A DNA stretch of 64,000 nt from Octopus sinensis (GCF_006345805.1 NC_043000.1:139996001-140060000); one strand, 5' to 3'. Positions 1 through 13,604 are shown, numbered from the stretch's first letter. Notes: generated by a model from the letters alone, not told the origin. Numbers and translations are program-made.

Positions 1-59
1 ATATATATAAATGCATACATACTTGCATTTTGGTGTGCGAAGCCATTACTCCAGACAGT

Positions 60-225
60 TTTTTTTCCACTCAACATTTTACTTCTCTCTCCATTTTCTT
101 TCCTTATTTCTTTTTGTCGAGGAGTTTTCCATTGTTCCTGAGCAACAAACTAATATACCATCTTTGTTTTTCACTCACCTGTCATTGTTTTTTTTCCTTC
201 TTGTACATTTGAACCATATATTCAT
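60..225 (+). mobile_element. Short PLE-type non-autonomous repeat copy with the ribozyme middle deleted
   Basis: Aligns by eye to the reverse complement of 41290-41420 (ttcctgagc...ctaata...tttgttt...cacctgtc). Retains TTGTCGAGGAG at about 113-123 but lacks the GAAAC half. Confidence 0.5.
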
Positions 226-329
226 ATATGTGTGTATTCACATGTGTGTGTGTGTGTGTATCTGAGTGTAGTTGTATGTACCTTTGTTTTGACATCTCTT
301 AATTGTTGTAAATTAGCATCATTATCATG

Positions 330-510
330 CAAGCTAAGTTCTTTGCTTCCAGTCTCATATGAGAAATGTATCTGGCTATAGAAAATATTACCTTGCTAGT
401 AAAAAGATGAGAGTTGGTGAGAAAGGACGTCCAACTGTAGAAATCTTGTCTCAATGAATTTCATCTAACCCCTGCAAACATGGAAAAGAGGACATTAAAT
501 ATGGTGATTT
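330..510 (+). mobile_element. Decayed RTE-type LINE 3' end
   Basis: Ends cctgcaaacatggaaaagaggacattaaatatggtg, a degenerate form of the catgctagcatggaaaatggacgttaaac(gat)n tail seen on the minus strand at 3990-4090. Confidence 0.5.
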
Positions 511-546
511 ATATAATATATATATATATATATATTTACATATATA

Positions 547-760
547 CTCTCTTCTACACTTTTACTTGTTTCAGTCATTTGACTGTGGCCATGCTCGAGC
601 ACCACCTTCAGTCGAGCAAATCAATCCCAGGACTTATTCTTTGTAAGCCTAGTACATATTCTATCGGTCTCTTTTGTCGAACCACTAAGTTACAGGGATG
701 TAAACACACCACCATCGGTTGTCAAGCAATAGGTGAGAAAAAACACAAAGAATCATGCAC

Positions 761-794
<34 letters not shown>

Positions 795-1020
795 GCACAC
801 ACACACACTCAATTTATATTTACATACGATGAGCTCTTGTCAGTTTCCCTCCCCCAAATCCACTCGCAGGGATTTCGCCAGCCTGTGGGGGCTATAGTAG
901 AAGACATTTGACCAAGGCGCCGTAGAGTGGGACTGAACCTGGATCTATGTTCTTAGGAAGCAAACTTCATACTACACCCCTACAACACCCGCACCTAGCA
1001 AACTTCTTACCACACAGCCT
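547..1020 (-). mobile_element. tRNA-derived SINE, family A
   Basis: Reverse complement matches the copies at 1444 and 43476 (head, central CA microsatellite, 3' tgactgaaacaagtaaaag). Confidence 0.85.
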
Positions 1021-1443
1021 TGTTACTTTTATAAGTTTAAAGTTTAATTTTATATAAACATATTAACATAAATGTTAAGATGGAGACATTGTTAAATTGG
1101 GAAACTTGACTTTCAGCAGATGTCTAAGAATTTTGAGTGGCATTGCATAATTCTTAACTTACAAGCTTCATCATATTGCACAGGATAATGGTATATATTC
1201 TGATTGTTTCATTAATGATATGTATTCAATAAATGTCTTCTAAATGATTGCCGTCATTCCTTATGACTTAGGAAATCATAACTGGAAAGTTACTGCCATC
1301 CTAACTTTCTATCTCTCTTTCCCGGCTATTTCTTTCTTTCATCTTGATACTTATATAATTCTTGTTGTTGTTGATGATGACAATAAAGTTGGTAGCAGAA
1401 TCATTATAGAACTATTGATGACAAAATCATGATTGTCATAAGG

Positions 1444-1622
1444 TGCAGGAGTGGCTGTGTGGTAAGTAGCTTGCTTACTAACTACATGGTTCTGGGTTCA
1501 GTCCCACTGCGTGGCATATTGGGCAAGTGTCTTCTACTATAGCCCTGGGCCGACCAAAGCCTTGTGAGTGGATTTGGTAGACGGAAACTGAAAGAAGCCC
1601 TTCGCATATGTTTATATATATG

Positions 1623-1661
<39 letters not shown>

Positions 1662-1890
1662 CTGTCTGTGTGTGTGTGTTTGTGTGTCTGTGTTTGTCTC
1701 CCCAATATCGCTTGACAACCGATGGTGGTGTGTTTACCTCCCCGTAACTTAGCAGTTCAGCAAAAGAGACTGATAGAATAAGTACTAAGCTTACAAAGAA
1801 TAAGTACTGGGGGTCGATTTCTTCGACTAAAGGTGGTGCTCCAGCATGGCCACAGTCAAATGACTGAAACAAGTAAAAGAGTAAAGAGTA
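1444..1890 (+). mobile_element. tRNA-derived SINE, family A (full length)
   Basis: A-box-like TGGCTGTGTGG, B-box-like GGTTCAGTCCC, CORE-like ttgggcaagtgtctt, internal (TA)/(TG) tract, 3' (gtaaaaga)n. Octopus tRNA SINEs (OK/OR1/OR2) are established; the exact family name was not verified. Confidence 0.9.
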
Positions 1891-2904
1891 TCAGACAGAA
1901 TTTTTTGCAGTATTTGTCCTAGTTCTTTATGATCTGCATTCAAATCTCATTGAAGACAACATAGTCTTTAAGCCTTCCTTTCATCAATAAAATATACAAT
2001 TACCAGTCAAATCCTGGGGCTAATTTAATTAATTACAAATCATAGCCAGAGTCTCTAAAGTAATCCAGCCTTGTCTTCAACATCATTCTGTCGACTTGGG
2101 TGATGATGGCAGTGCCAAGCTGTATCAATACTTATCATTCTCTTGAACAACTTTACTGATATGGAAAGGAAAGACCTACTGTGGTTCTTCCACACAACAT
2201 TATCCAGGTTTCACTGACTCTGAATATAAATCCATGTTTTTCAGCAGTGAAGATTGCCAATGTTTTACCATATAAAGAACCCCTGTGACTGTAACTGTAC
2301 CTAATGTCTATGGCTTTCAGCAATGGAACAAGGAATGGCTTTTGCTTTGTAGGTATTGGACAACTAAAAGAAACCAATATAAAGTGATTATCTGGAATGT
2401 GACCGCAGACTAAGTTGACTAATCTTGCAAGTTGTAAACCAGAACATTTACAATTACTACATCTCACATCTTTCCTGGTTTCCACTTCTGCAATCTATTT
2501 CTATTCCTAATTTTATCACTTCACCCTTCTCCATACCCATTGCAATTCCTTTCCATAAGAGAACTTTTATTCTTTTATGTGTATTCTTCTTATGTCCATG
2601 TTGTCTCTCAGTTGACTTATATTACATCATTCAAGAATGCAGACATTACAAATCTAATAGAATATGCTTAGAACATTTTCCCCCAGCTTTTGCACATCAT
2701 CTGCATTTAGTATCCATGTATCATAAAGTCTGCTTTTCACTCAAGGAGTGGAAGTTTTTGTTGCCAACAGAGGATTAAAGTACCATGTTGGCTTGATAAA
2801 GAATCAGATCTCAGCATTTCAACTGCTCTTTACTTTCAAGATTTTCCCTTCAGCTCTGTTTTTCCTGCAGATTGCCATTGCTACCACCACCTCCTCTATC
2901 ACCT

Positions 2905-2937
2905 CATCATCATCATCGTCGTCGTCATCACCATCAC

Positions 2938-2993
<56 letters not shown>

Positions 2994-3020
2994 CTACCAT
3001 CATCATCACCATCATCATCA
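2905..3020. repeat. (CAT)n microsatellite
   Basis: Direct reading; it explains the poly-H, poly-S and poly-D ORFs. Confidence 0.95.
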
Positions 3021-3299
3021 ATTTTACATCTGCATTGAATGGGTCCTTTCAAACACTGCACACCATTGCATGTTGCATATGTTAGGTATCTCATTTGTGA
3101 GACTCGACTTTCAATAATTCAGCCCATGCCAATCCTTGGACTTTTCCTGGACTTTCCTTACATGTGGACTTCCTCTCATCTTTCGACCTAGTTATCAATA
3201 TCCACATGCATTACATACCAGTGCCAATACAGGTATCTCTCTTGCACACTACACCTTATTCTTCTGAGAACAAAATTTTCTTTCTGCTCAAATGTGCTT

Positions 3300-3625
3300 T
3301 GCCGTTCATGTGGTTATTTAAACCAAACATAATTGACATTTCTCTCACTGCTCTACATATCTACAAAGGGAACATTTTCCTGGTTGAAATACACCAAAAA
3401 TGGCAACACAGCAGTCAAAAAATCGTAAAAAATAGGGATTTTCATAGAAAAAAATGCACCTTTTTGATGTAAATAATTTTTGGTGTAAACATGGTCCAAA
3501 GCCTTCTTCTATCATACTTTCAATTTTGGTCAACTTGCGCCGCAGGGTCTCGGAGGAGATAGTGTTAGTTGAAGGCTACCAAACCTGCCACACACAGACA
3601 ACTTCAGCTTTATATATACAGAGAT
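3300..3625 (-). mobile_element. Helitron/Helentron-like non-autonomous element, 5' part
   Basis: Minus strand begins A|TCTCTGTATATATAAAG followed by GTCTGTGTGT, the layout typical of DINE-1/HINE-like elements. No 3' end identified. Confidence 0.45.
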
Positions 3626-3989
3626 GAGCGATTATTCACTGGTGTTCTTAAACAGCTGTAACATGGGAAAGTGCTTTCTTGCTCTTACTTTCACTTTGAA
3701 TAAGGGCTGTGTTGTAATGATATTAGAAAATTTAAATAAGGCTAATGGCTTGCAATAAGACAAGAATTTGAATAAGCCATTTACATGAATGTTACATGAA
3801 TGTATGATTTGGTCAAAGCAGTGTTTCTGTGGTTAGAGGCCCTTCCTTACACTGACTATAAAATGCATCCACAGTGTACTGGATGCATTTCATCATAGCA
3901 TCATCAATATCAAGGTTGTCTTGCCTTCAGCAAAAATTAAGGGTGACGTCAAAAGCTCTAGGTCGTCAGTGCTCAATCCAATTTACCAA

Positions 3990-4770
3990 TCATCATCATC
4001 ATCATCATCACCATCACCATCACCATCACCATCACCATCACCATCATCATCATCATTGTTTAACGTCCATTTTCCATGCTAGCATAAATTGGACGGTTTG
4101 ACTGGGGTCTGGGAAGCCAGGAGGCTGCACCAGGCTCCAGTCTGATCTGGCAGTGTTTCTATTGCTGGATGCCCTTCCTAACACCAACCACTCCGTGAGT
4201 GTAGTAGGTGCTTTTAACATGCCACTGGCAGAGGTGCCAGGGGAGGCTGGCAATGGCCACAATCAGTTGGTTCTTCTTACATGCCACCAACATGGAAGCC
4301 AGTCAAGGCAGCGCTGGCATCAACCACGTTCGGATGGTTCTTCTTACATGCCGCCGACACGGATGCCAGTCAGGCGGCGCAGGCCTCGACCATGTTTGGA
4401 TGGTGCTTTTTATGTGCCACTGGCATGGGTATCACAACAACAATTTCCATTTGATTTTTATTTTGATGTTGATGTACTTGACTCAATACATCTCCGCAAG
4501 CAAAGCAAGCTGCTCTACAATCCAAGGTAAGCACAGCAGGCCATCCTGCAATCCAAGGTACTTTGGATGGGCTGGGGCTGCTATGTGAAGCTGGTGCAGG
4601 AAACAGCCATGAACTCACGTTATTTGTTGGGTCTTCACAGTCACAGCATATCTCCAGAGGTCTCGGTCTTTCATCATTGCCTTTGTGAGGGCCAATGTTC
4701 AAAGGTCATGCTTGACCACCTCATCCCATGTCTTCGTGGGTCTACCTCTACTCCTGATTCCTTCAACAGT
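3990..4770 (-). mobile_element. RTE-clade LINE 3' fragment (ORF C-terminus, 3' UTR, (GAT)n tail)
   Basis: Minus 4770-4613 translates VEGIRSRGRPTKTWDEVVKHDL*TLALTKAMMKDRDLWRYAV (RTE GRP..TW motif). The UTR has about three 65-bp repeats and ends in (GAT/GGT)n. Confidence 0.9.
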
Positions 4771-7199
4771 TTGGGAAAACCTAATGATTGTTATTTCATA
4801 GCACTAGCACTACAATGGTCACCTTGTAGCTTGCAAAATGACAAAGAGTTCCCATAAGGGAATGTCTTCACATTCATCAGTTCTAATCAAGCTGATGAAA
4901 TAATGATTTCATCTTAACTTTTAGAAATTGTATATCTAGTATCACCTTATCTAATATGTCCTTCATTTTCTAAAACAGTAGGGTGGGATTTGAAGGATAG
5001 TTAGCTGCTATATTTAAGGCATCAAAAAATTATCAAGGATCTCCCTTGTTGGTTCACCAATCAAATTATTATGGACATAGTCAACAGTATATACAGCTAT
5101 ATGGAACACAAATATGATTAGTTGAAAGACATTTGCTAAACAGGCAATAATGTATCTGAGAACTATAGAGACGATTTTAACATTCTAATGAAATTAATGA
5201 TTTAGGTGAGATTATTTTATTTTCACTATTTTACATTTCTTCCATAATAGTAGTACAGTTGAAGGAAAACAAATGTTAAATGATGATGATGATGATGATG
5301 ATGATGATGGTGGTGGTGATTATAAAAGTGGTGGTATTGGTAGTGGTGTTGTTGTTTGTGGTGGTGGGGTGGTGACGATGATGAAACATTTGATCATTGG
5401 ATAGGCGGCAATATGTAGGAGTTTTATTGAAATCATGTAAACTGAAACAAGTTGTTGCATTCCCCAAACCAGCCCTGATCAAGTAAGAGTATGATCAAAT
5501 ACATTCCAGCTGTGGCTAATCCACCACGTTTTGTATATTTGCAACTAAATTTTCTTCTCTTTCTTTCTTTATTTAAGACTGTGGAAGGTGATTTGAGGCA
5601 AGCTTAGTTGATATTTTTAGCAGATAGAGTGATTGCATAAAATCTTTCTCACCAGCCTGGTTGAATAAATGCAAATATATATATATATTCTTCAATGGCA
5701 GTAGTTCAATATTTCAGCTATTGTGTCTTTATTTCTTTGCACTATATTCAAAATATATCATTTCTCATCAAATGGCATCAGTTTTGTGGGGTTTTTATAT
5801 CCTTCTAAGAATTTAATATATAAGCTGATAATAGACTTCTTAAAATATCTATAAGAAAAAAAGTACTTAGTTTCGAATATATGTTATTTGCCTCATTGTT
5901 TCACATTATGTATGTGCACAGTATACATAAGCACATATGTATTTGTATAGAATGAATAAAATCCTATGAAATACAGAGAAATATATTGAGAGAAATTGTG
6001 TAATTTTTATTGTTTATGTATATTCATTTCTATATCTATATATGTGATTTTGTGTGTGTATAATTCATAAGTATATATGCGTGTATGGGTGCATAGATTT
6101 TTTCCTTTTATAGTCACATATAAATGCATCAGAGATATTTACAAGTGTGCCTCCGTGTGTTTGCACAAATATGGGAATAGATCCAAATGTAGCTATTTAT
6201 GTATGTATGTATATAAGCTTCTATGTGTGTCCATATGTATGTAGCAAATTGTGTAACAATTTACTTCTGTTAGTGAATGTGTAAATGTGTGTGCTTGCAT
6301 GATTTTGTAATTTGCCGAAAAAAGAAGAAATCTTAGAAAGAAAAGACAAATAAATAAATAAATAAATGTTTCCTAATAAATTTGCTTCCTCTCATAAAGT
6401 GACTTTTAGGCACAAGAGAATTATATTTGATGTCTTTTGAAGAAACAATTATAACCTAACTTGATAAGATCTATCAGCATTGTAGATAAATTCAGCAGAA
6501 AACATTTTGGAACCGGAAATTATTCCGAGAAACAATTTGGTTCTAAAATGTTTAATAATAAAGAATCATGCCATGAGGTATTATTCTGAGGTATTTGCAA
6601 CTATTCAATAAAATAACATCATTGTGATTGGATAAATGCTGACACTAAGTGAGAAGGTTAACTGTTGGGGAAGAACAGAGTGTGAGATAGCTGTATTTGC
6701 TTTGTTTAAGTGACAAATGTTAACATCTAAATCATTTTTTCTATCTTCAGGGAAAAACTTGTGGTTTTTAATGTGTTCTTTTTTTATTTCAGTTACCTTT
6801 TATTTTTTAAGTTTTTTTTTTGTTCTTTCATAATTTAATTAGAGGTGAAGCAGTACAATGCCTGTAGTAATTTTAAGCCTTGTTAGACTTGAATGAAAGA
6901 CTTAGGATTTGGAGGCAGATCTAATAATGTCTTGAGGTTTAGTTCAAATGTTAGAAGTTAAGCTTTTTTAAAATGGGAAAATATGTGTGGTGGGGAAATT
7001 CACGAAGGAGGGGATTCTGAGAAGGAAAAAAATTACACAATGATTTGTGTAGTAGTTGTTGAGTGAATAAAGCAAAATGAAAATGGTTGGAAGGGGGGAA
7101 AAACTGTCTGACAATGACGTAAAAAGAAAGCTAAATCATCACTTAGAACTGAGTATAACCTGGTAGCTTGTACTACAATTTCTGTAATTGCTTTAGGGT

Positions 7200-7455
7200 C
7201 CTTTGTAGTTGCAAGCAGAAATAGACACCTGCTCAGTCATCCCACTCTTGACGCTGTGGAATATCAAGGATATGACACCTAGAGGGAGAGAGGGCAGCAC
7301 CAGTAGCCTGCTAGTACTCATTTCCATCTGAGCAGACTGGAGCAATGTGAAATGAAGTGTCTTGATCAAGAACATATGTTTACCCAGTGCCAGAATCGAA
7401 CCCATTGCCATCTGATGACAGTGAGTTTAAAACTCCAACTAAATGGCAATATGCC
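7200..7455 (-). mobile_element. Decayed tRNA-derived SINE, family C
   Basis: actggagcaatgtgaaatgaagtgtcttgatcaagaaca matches the reverse complement of the family C core at 17950-18010. Confidence 0.7.
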
Positions 7456-7663
7456 TTGACCGACTCGGACAATAATGCTGTAGCTGAAAACTATTTTGAA
7501 AAGCAGTTCAGTTGTCAAACATGAGACTTGGTAATAATTCTTGGGGTTGGACCATCAGAAAACCAGATTTACTATGCACAAAGGAGAAATAGCAGCTTTT
7601 GAAACAATGAATCAAATGCTTTGAAATTTGCATATTTCCAATTGGCTTCATTATTAGTAAATA

Positions 7664-8200
7664 ATTTATGCAAGCTGGCAGGATCGTTAGCATGCTGGGC
7701 AAAATAGTTAATTTTATTTTATTTATGCACCCTTTTCAAGCCTAGCCACTCTAATGGGCCCGGTTACCTGGTTTCTATGGTGTATGTGTTCCTCCCAGCT
7801 CTACGAGATGCCAATCCATCACAGTGTCACTCAAGAAACAGGAAGAAAGTGTGAGAGAAAGTTGGGGTGAAAGAGTGCAACAGGGGTTGCCATCACCCAC
7901 TGCTGGAGCCTCGTGGAGCTTTAGGTGTTTTCACTCAATAAACACACACAACGCCTGGTCTGGGAATTGAAATCGAGATCCTCCGATTGCGAGTCTGCTG
8001 CCCTGACCACTGGGCCATTGCGCCTCCACGAAATAGTTAATAGCATTTCATATGTCTAAATATTCTGAGTTCAAATTCCGGTGAGGTCGACTTTGCTATT
8101 CATCTTTTCAAGGTTGATAAAATAAATACCAGTTGTAGACTGGGGTCGATGTAATCGATTTATACCCACCCCCAAAATCTCAAGCTTTGTGCCTATAGTA
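7664..8200 (+). mobile_element. SINE family B split by a younger SINE
   Basis: Head gcaagctggcaggatcgttagcatgctgggc stops at 7712 and resumes at 8031 (ttctgagttcaaattcc...gaggtcgactttgc). Confidence 0.85.
7713..8030 (-). mobile_element. tRNA-derived SINE, family D (3' tail shared with family C), 11-bp TSD
   Basis: Minus head gtggaggcgcaatggcccagtggtcagggc. AAATAGTTAAT duplicated at 7702-7712 and 8031-8041. Confidence 0.9.
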
Positions 8201-8949
8201 GAAATGATTATTTACTGCTCTTGAATATTATACAAATAAAATTACACACGCCCACACACGCCCACACATGTGTGTGTGTGTGTGTGTGTTAAATGAAAGA
8301 CAGCAGATACAAGAATTTTTATTAATCAAAACAATTGTTCTGACACATTTAGCATCAATCCCTCATGGGTGGGATGCTTAGCAACTGGTTCAGGAACATC
8401 CAATGGTGAAGATGTGTCTCTTCGAGTGATAGATAGCTATAACTTGTTAAAATACCAGTTCCACAATGTATCTTCTTCTCATTTCATGTAAAGAAAAGCA
8501 GCAAAACAAAGAATGTATCTTCATTTATACAGAAGATCAAAACTAACAGATGCAAAAAAGAAATGAACAAGCAATCCATTATTTAACTTTTGATCTTCTA
8601 TATAAATGAAGATATATCCTTTGTTTTATTGATATATCCTTTGTTTTCTTTTACACAAAATGAGAAGATAAATTGCGGAACTATTATTTTAATGAGATAT
8701 ATCTATTTATCACTCAAAGAGATACATCTGCACCATTGGATACTTCTAAACCAGTTGTTAACTATCCTACCCAAGAGAGAGATCATTGCTAGATATGTCA
8801 AAACAATTGTCATAGTTAATTAAAATTCTCATATCTTCCATCTTCAGTCTTTCATTTACCACATGAATAACAAACACTGTGAAGGTGACCGTGCTTTACC
8901 AGTAAGCTACCAGGTATAAACCATTCATTTTATTATCCATTATATATAT

Positions 8950-9385
8950 ACTAGGTGTGCTGAATAAACTGTTGTCTAAATTATGCAAAAATGAAAATAA
9001 CACTGACATCTTATTTTAACATATATTTACCAAAATTACATAAAGATATCTTCAGATACTAAAGAGTAAAATTATTCAATAAAATCGCCATTGGTTTCAA
9101 CCATAGCCTCCAGATAATTTCAGAGTCTCCTGCAACACATTTGGATGGTCTTCTTGTTTAAGTTGGTGAATGTTGCCATAATCCTTGCTTTCAGTTCATC
9201 TTTGGTGTTAGAAGGAGTTTTGTTGATCTCTTGCTCAACTGTACCCCACACATAGTAATCAAGGAAGTTGCAGTCTGAAGAGTTAGGTGGTCAGATGTCT
9301 GGGGTAATGTGGTCACAGAAATTGTCTGACAGCTATGACTGGGTTCTCCTACTTGAGTGGTATGGTGCCACACTGGTTCTGTGTG
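8950..9385 (-). mobile_element. Tc1/mariner transposase C-terminal fossil
   Basis: Minus translation APYHSSRRTQS*LSDNFCDHITPDI*PPNSSDCNFLDYYVWGTVEQEINK...YLEAMVETNGDFIE* matches the DSAP.H / WPPNSPD.NPLDY.VW motifs. Confidence 0.9.
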
Positions 9386-11563
9386 AAATTCCCAGCCACT
9401 TACACTTTAATTCAGAAGCATTTAATGCAGTTAATTGAACAATTGAAATCCTCATAGTCGAATGACAGAGATGCCCAACATTCCCATTCCAAATCCATCT
9501 CTAATTATCTTTGCTTTCCATTTATTTCTCTGTATCTGGTAAAGCACACATAGTGGAGTTGATTAAATAATGTTATGTCATTTCTCTATTAATACACCTA
9601 ATCAAAACAAATCATGAATAATTAGTGTAGCAGTCACTCAAGCTCGCCATTCTCCTGCAATTATTTATCTTAAACTTAAAGAAGACACCCTTATGAAGCT
9701 TTAGTGAATTACTGAAAAACTGCTGTTTGCTAGATAAAACTATTAATTATTTCTTTTTCCATAGTGTATTGTACTAAAGACATGATAGCGTAATCTCTTC
9801 AACCCGCCCACCCCCCAAATGCAATTATTACATATATCACTGTAACTGATTTTGCTTTAAATTTTTTGACCTGGAGACATGTAAAACTCTCAAAGTCACT
9901 TCTAAATCTTCCCGTCACTAAATATACAAATCTTTACAAAAGCTTCACAATCTTCTATCTTCGTATTAATGCTGTCTTTTAACAACATCATTGTCATTGT
10001 CACATTGTTGTTAGTAGTGTTGTTGTTGCTGTCAGCATTGGCTCTATCATAATTGTCTTCTGAATACTAAGCCATATCAAATTATATATTTTTGAGACTC
10101 TTGAACCCAAAGAGATGAAGATCCCTCAATTGTATTGATGTCATTGGTAGTGATATATGGCATGAAATTAAGGACCTACCAAAGCTAATGAGGAGCAGAA
10201 ATTTCTGACACAATATAGTGAGATGCATTTTTGTTGCAGCCACTTGAAGAAAACTCTGTTACTTTCTCAGATGCAGCACGGATTTTTGTCAGTGAGCAGG
10301 TTGCGATCTTATAGCAACGAAAATATTTTGACAAATTAAACTTAAATGTTGAAGTGAATCGAACGGCTTTTGTGTGTTTCTTAAATGGCTTACAAACACC
10401 TTCCATGCTGCAATTGTTTTCATTCCAGCACACGATCTCAGATCAAATCACTTGCTATGCAAGTACATCTCCGTAAATCTACTATATTATTTTCCTAAAA
10501 TTATTCCAGTTCAGACCAGCAGTCCTCTGCTATTTCATTATCTCTTCCTTCATTGTTACTGCTGTTATTTAGCACTAGGTCAGTCCTGATGGAAGAGACA
10601 CAATCAGAGGCTTTCAATCTACAAGCATCCCATATTTTTTCAGACAACCTGAATCCAAAACCACATAATCAAATATTACATCTTCTTAATGATATGAGGG
10701 AGATCCTGTTGCTATATCTAACATAACGAATGACTACATAGAGGCGCATAGAGGCACACAGCAGCACATATTTTTCTCTATGTGCTACAATATACAGAAA
10801 TTCACATAGATTAACCACATGTATTTCACCAGCCAGGAAGAGACAATAAATGCAGTTTCTTCACAATCAAAACCAAAAAGAAGCCAAGCCTAATTTTTCA
10901 ACCTTATGAGATTCTAGTTTTCTCGATCATAAAAACTAAGTATTGCTTTCAGTTTGTATATGAGTCCTTCTTGGGACCTGTGTTCAAATTGCTGTCTCTA
11001 CTATGGTGTGTTCAAATATCCAGATTGGTAACAAAAGGAAAACACACATCAAATAGCTATTAACTCTGTTTATGAATACGCATAGACACATCTATGTGAA
11101 TGTGTGTGCACATGCGCATATGTGTGTGTGCAAGTGTGTGCATGTGTGTGTATCAGTGTTCGTACATATGTGCATGATTTTATGTGGTTGAGTGTGCATG
11201 CATGTGTATATCCAAATAAGACATTTTGATCATTTCTTGTCAATAATAACCACTTCAGTTACTGTGTCCAACAATAAGAAGATACTTGCTACAATGCTTT
11301 CATACTCAAATTACCAACAAGTTCTACAGACCAGTTAAAGATTTTCCAATTAACTATGATCTGTGATTTACAGATAATGACTGTTCGGGCTGGATGTTGT
11401 AGTGGTGGTGGATGTGGTGGTAGTTGTGTGGAATGTGTTGACAGGGGAGTTGTTTGTAAGGAATACTAACGTTGATTAATGGCATGCATCATCTGGTCAA
11501 GTGGGATTCACTAATAAACTACCAGACATAATCACCTCATTTCACAATATTTCTGAATTCTGA

Positions 11564-11689
11564 GAAGAAGAAGAAGAAGAAGAAGAAGAAGAAGAAGAAG
11601 AAGAAGAAGAAGAAGAAGAAGAAGAAGAAGAAGAAGAAGAAGAAGAAGAAGAAGAAGAAGAAGAAGAAGAAGAAGAAGAAGAAGAAGAA
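11564..11689. repeat. (GAA)42 pure microsatellite
   Basis: 126 uninterrupted bases. Confidence 0.95.
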
Positions 11690-11819
11690 AAATAAAGTAA
11701 AAAGAATTAACAAAAGCAAAACAAGAACATTTAAAGTTTGGTTGTATTATTTCCGTGGTTTGGTTGGTCAGTAAAAGAAGAAATATTTCTTCTCTTCGCC
11801 TCTGCCATTACATCCAATG

Positions 11820-12640
11820 CCAATGGCATTGACGCCTACGCCGCCACCGCCTCCACCACCACCACCATCACCACCACCGATAATGCCAACATGCCAGCAT
11901 CACTAAAACTACCACAAATAATACATGACATCCAATTACATCACAGTCATAACAACTATAATCATCACCATCACCTCACCATCACCATCACCATCACCAT
12001 CACCATAATAGTTTATTGTTACCATCAGCATCATCATATCTTCCTCATCACCACTACCAGCACACAATTTCAGCTGCCACCACCATCACCACCACCACCA
12101 CCACCACTATTACCATCACCACCATCATCACCAACAGGCTCAGCAAGCAAAACCAAACAACACCCCCATGATTACTACATCTACATCATCAAACCTGCCA
12201 TCCCCCCACACCCACATCCACCACTCTCTTCCCTACCATCAATACCTTTACCACCATCACTACATATTTACCATCATGTACCATCAATATCATCACTTTT
12301 TTTCTACCGTAAGTTTACTATCATTACCACCACCATCACCACCATCACCACCACCACCACCGCCACCGCCACTACCACTACCACCACCACCTCCACATCA
12401 ACCTTCTCCATCTTCATCACCCTCTTCCTCATCATTGCAAATACTGCTGTTACCATTGCTAATATCAGTATGACCCCTATTAACATTATCTTCATCTCCA
12501 CTACACCGCGGCATTTTAACTATCAGTACTGTTACCCCCTTTGGGTTCATCCCTTCCACCAACATCATCCCTACCAGCATCACCACTATTACTCCATTTT
12601 CATCCTTAACACCACTGTCTTCATCAGTATCACACACCCT

Positions 12641-12672
<32 letters not shown>

Positions 12673-12700
12673 CAACCTCTTCATTGTCATTGTTGCTATT
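11820..12700. repeat. Degenerate (CAC)/(CAT)/(CAA) low-complexity tract
   Basis: Mosaic of trinucleotide repeats; it produces the spurious 369-aa ORF. Confidence 0.9.
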
Positions 12701-13533
12701 ATGATTTCTAATATGATTCTTGTCATTATTGTACCACCATTATCACCTTTTTTTTCGTTAGCAAATTCATTTCTTAATCAAGAATGTCAGTTCTGCTGTT
12801 CTCATTTTTGTTACTATTTAACCCCTGGCCAAGCAGGACCAAGTTGATCTGTCCTTAAATACATTTTCAACATTACCGTCCAGTATTTAAAAAATAATTT
12901 AATCCTTTGTTATCGACTCCGTCCTTATGTTTTCTAACACAGTAAAAAATGATCTGAGTGTAATTTTAGCTGTTGTTTTAAACAGATCAACTAACTCCAC
13001 AGAATCTCAGTCATTCACTGCACTTTAAAGGCTGCCAACAGGAAGGTGTGACATACTGTTTTCAATCAGAAAGAGAAGGTTAGTAAGAGTTTTGAAATGG
13101 CGCATGAATGTTTTTGACATTTGGAGATGCAAGATTAATTCACTATTAAAACAGTCATATTGTAGGAAAATCCTCAAAAATAATATGGTTAATCCTGAGA
13201 GATTTATTTCCCCACTTTGATATCCAATTACTAATTTTTTAATTTTCTTTCTTGTATCACAAACATTTCTTTGCTAATTGTCTCTTTGGTTTTTTTTCCT
13301 TGCATCCACTTTTCTTTCCGAAGATGATGCAAACTTCAACAGCAGTGACAATGACGAATATAATAGAGGCAAGCTAATATAGCTGGTTGCTTGACCTATT
13401 TATGTGGTTGCTTTAACAATCAAAATTAGGAGCCAAATCTCCTTCAAATAAGATTGTTATCTTAAAAATAATAAGGAGCATGTGGATAATTCTGTCCCTG
13501 ATACAATAGTGCTTGAAAAATACTGAGAAGAGC

Positions 13534-13604
13534 AAGTTGAGAAAACATCTGATCATTGCTTGCTAAAGTTGAGAAAACATCTGATCATTGCTTGCTAAAG
13601 TTGA
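13534..13604. repeat. Exact 32-bp tandem duplication
   Basis: AAGTTGAGAAAACATCTGATCATTGCTTGCTA twice, plus AAGTTGA. Confidence 0.9.

Noticed and set aside
2153-2900. Protein-looking stretches (minus 110-aa ORF; plus RIKVPCWLDKESDLSIST...)
   Set aside because: No consistent acceptor-donor pair, and the plus frame runs into a microsatellite.
11738-12847. 369-aa ORF, the longest in the track
   Set aside because: It is a translation of degenerate CAC/CAT/CAA repeats; no domain and no codon structure beyond the repeat.
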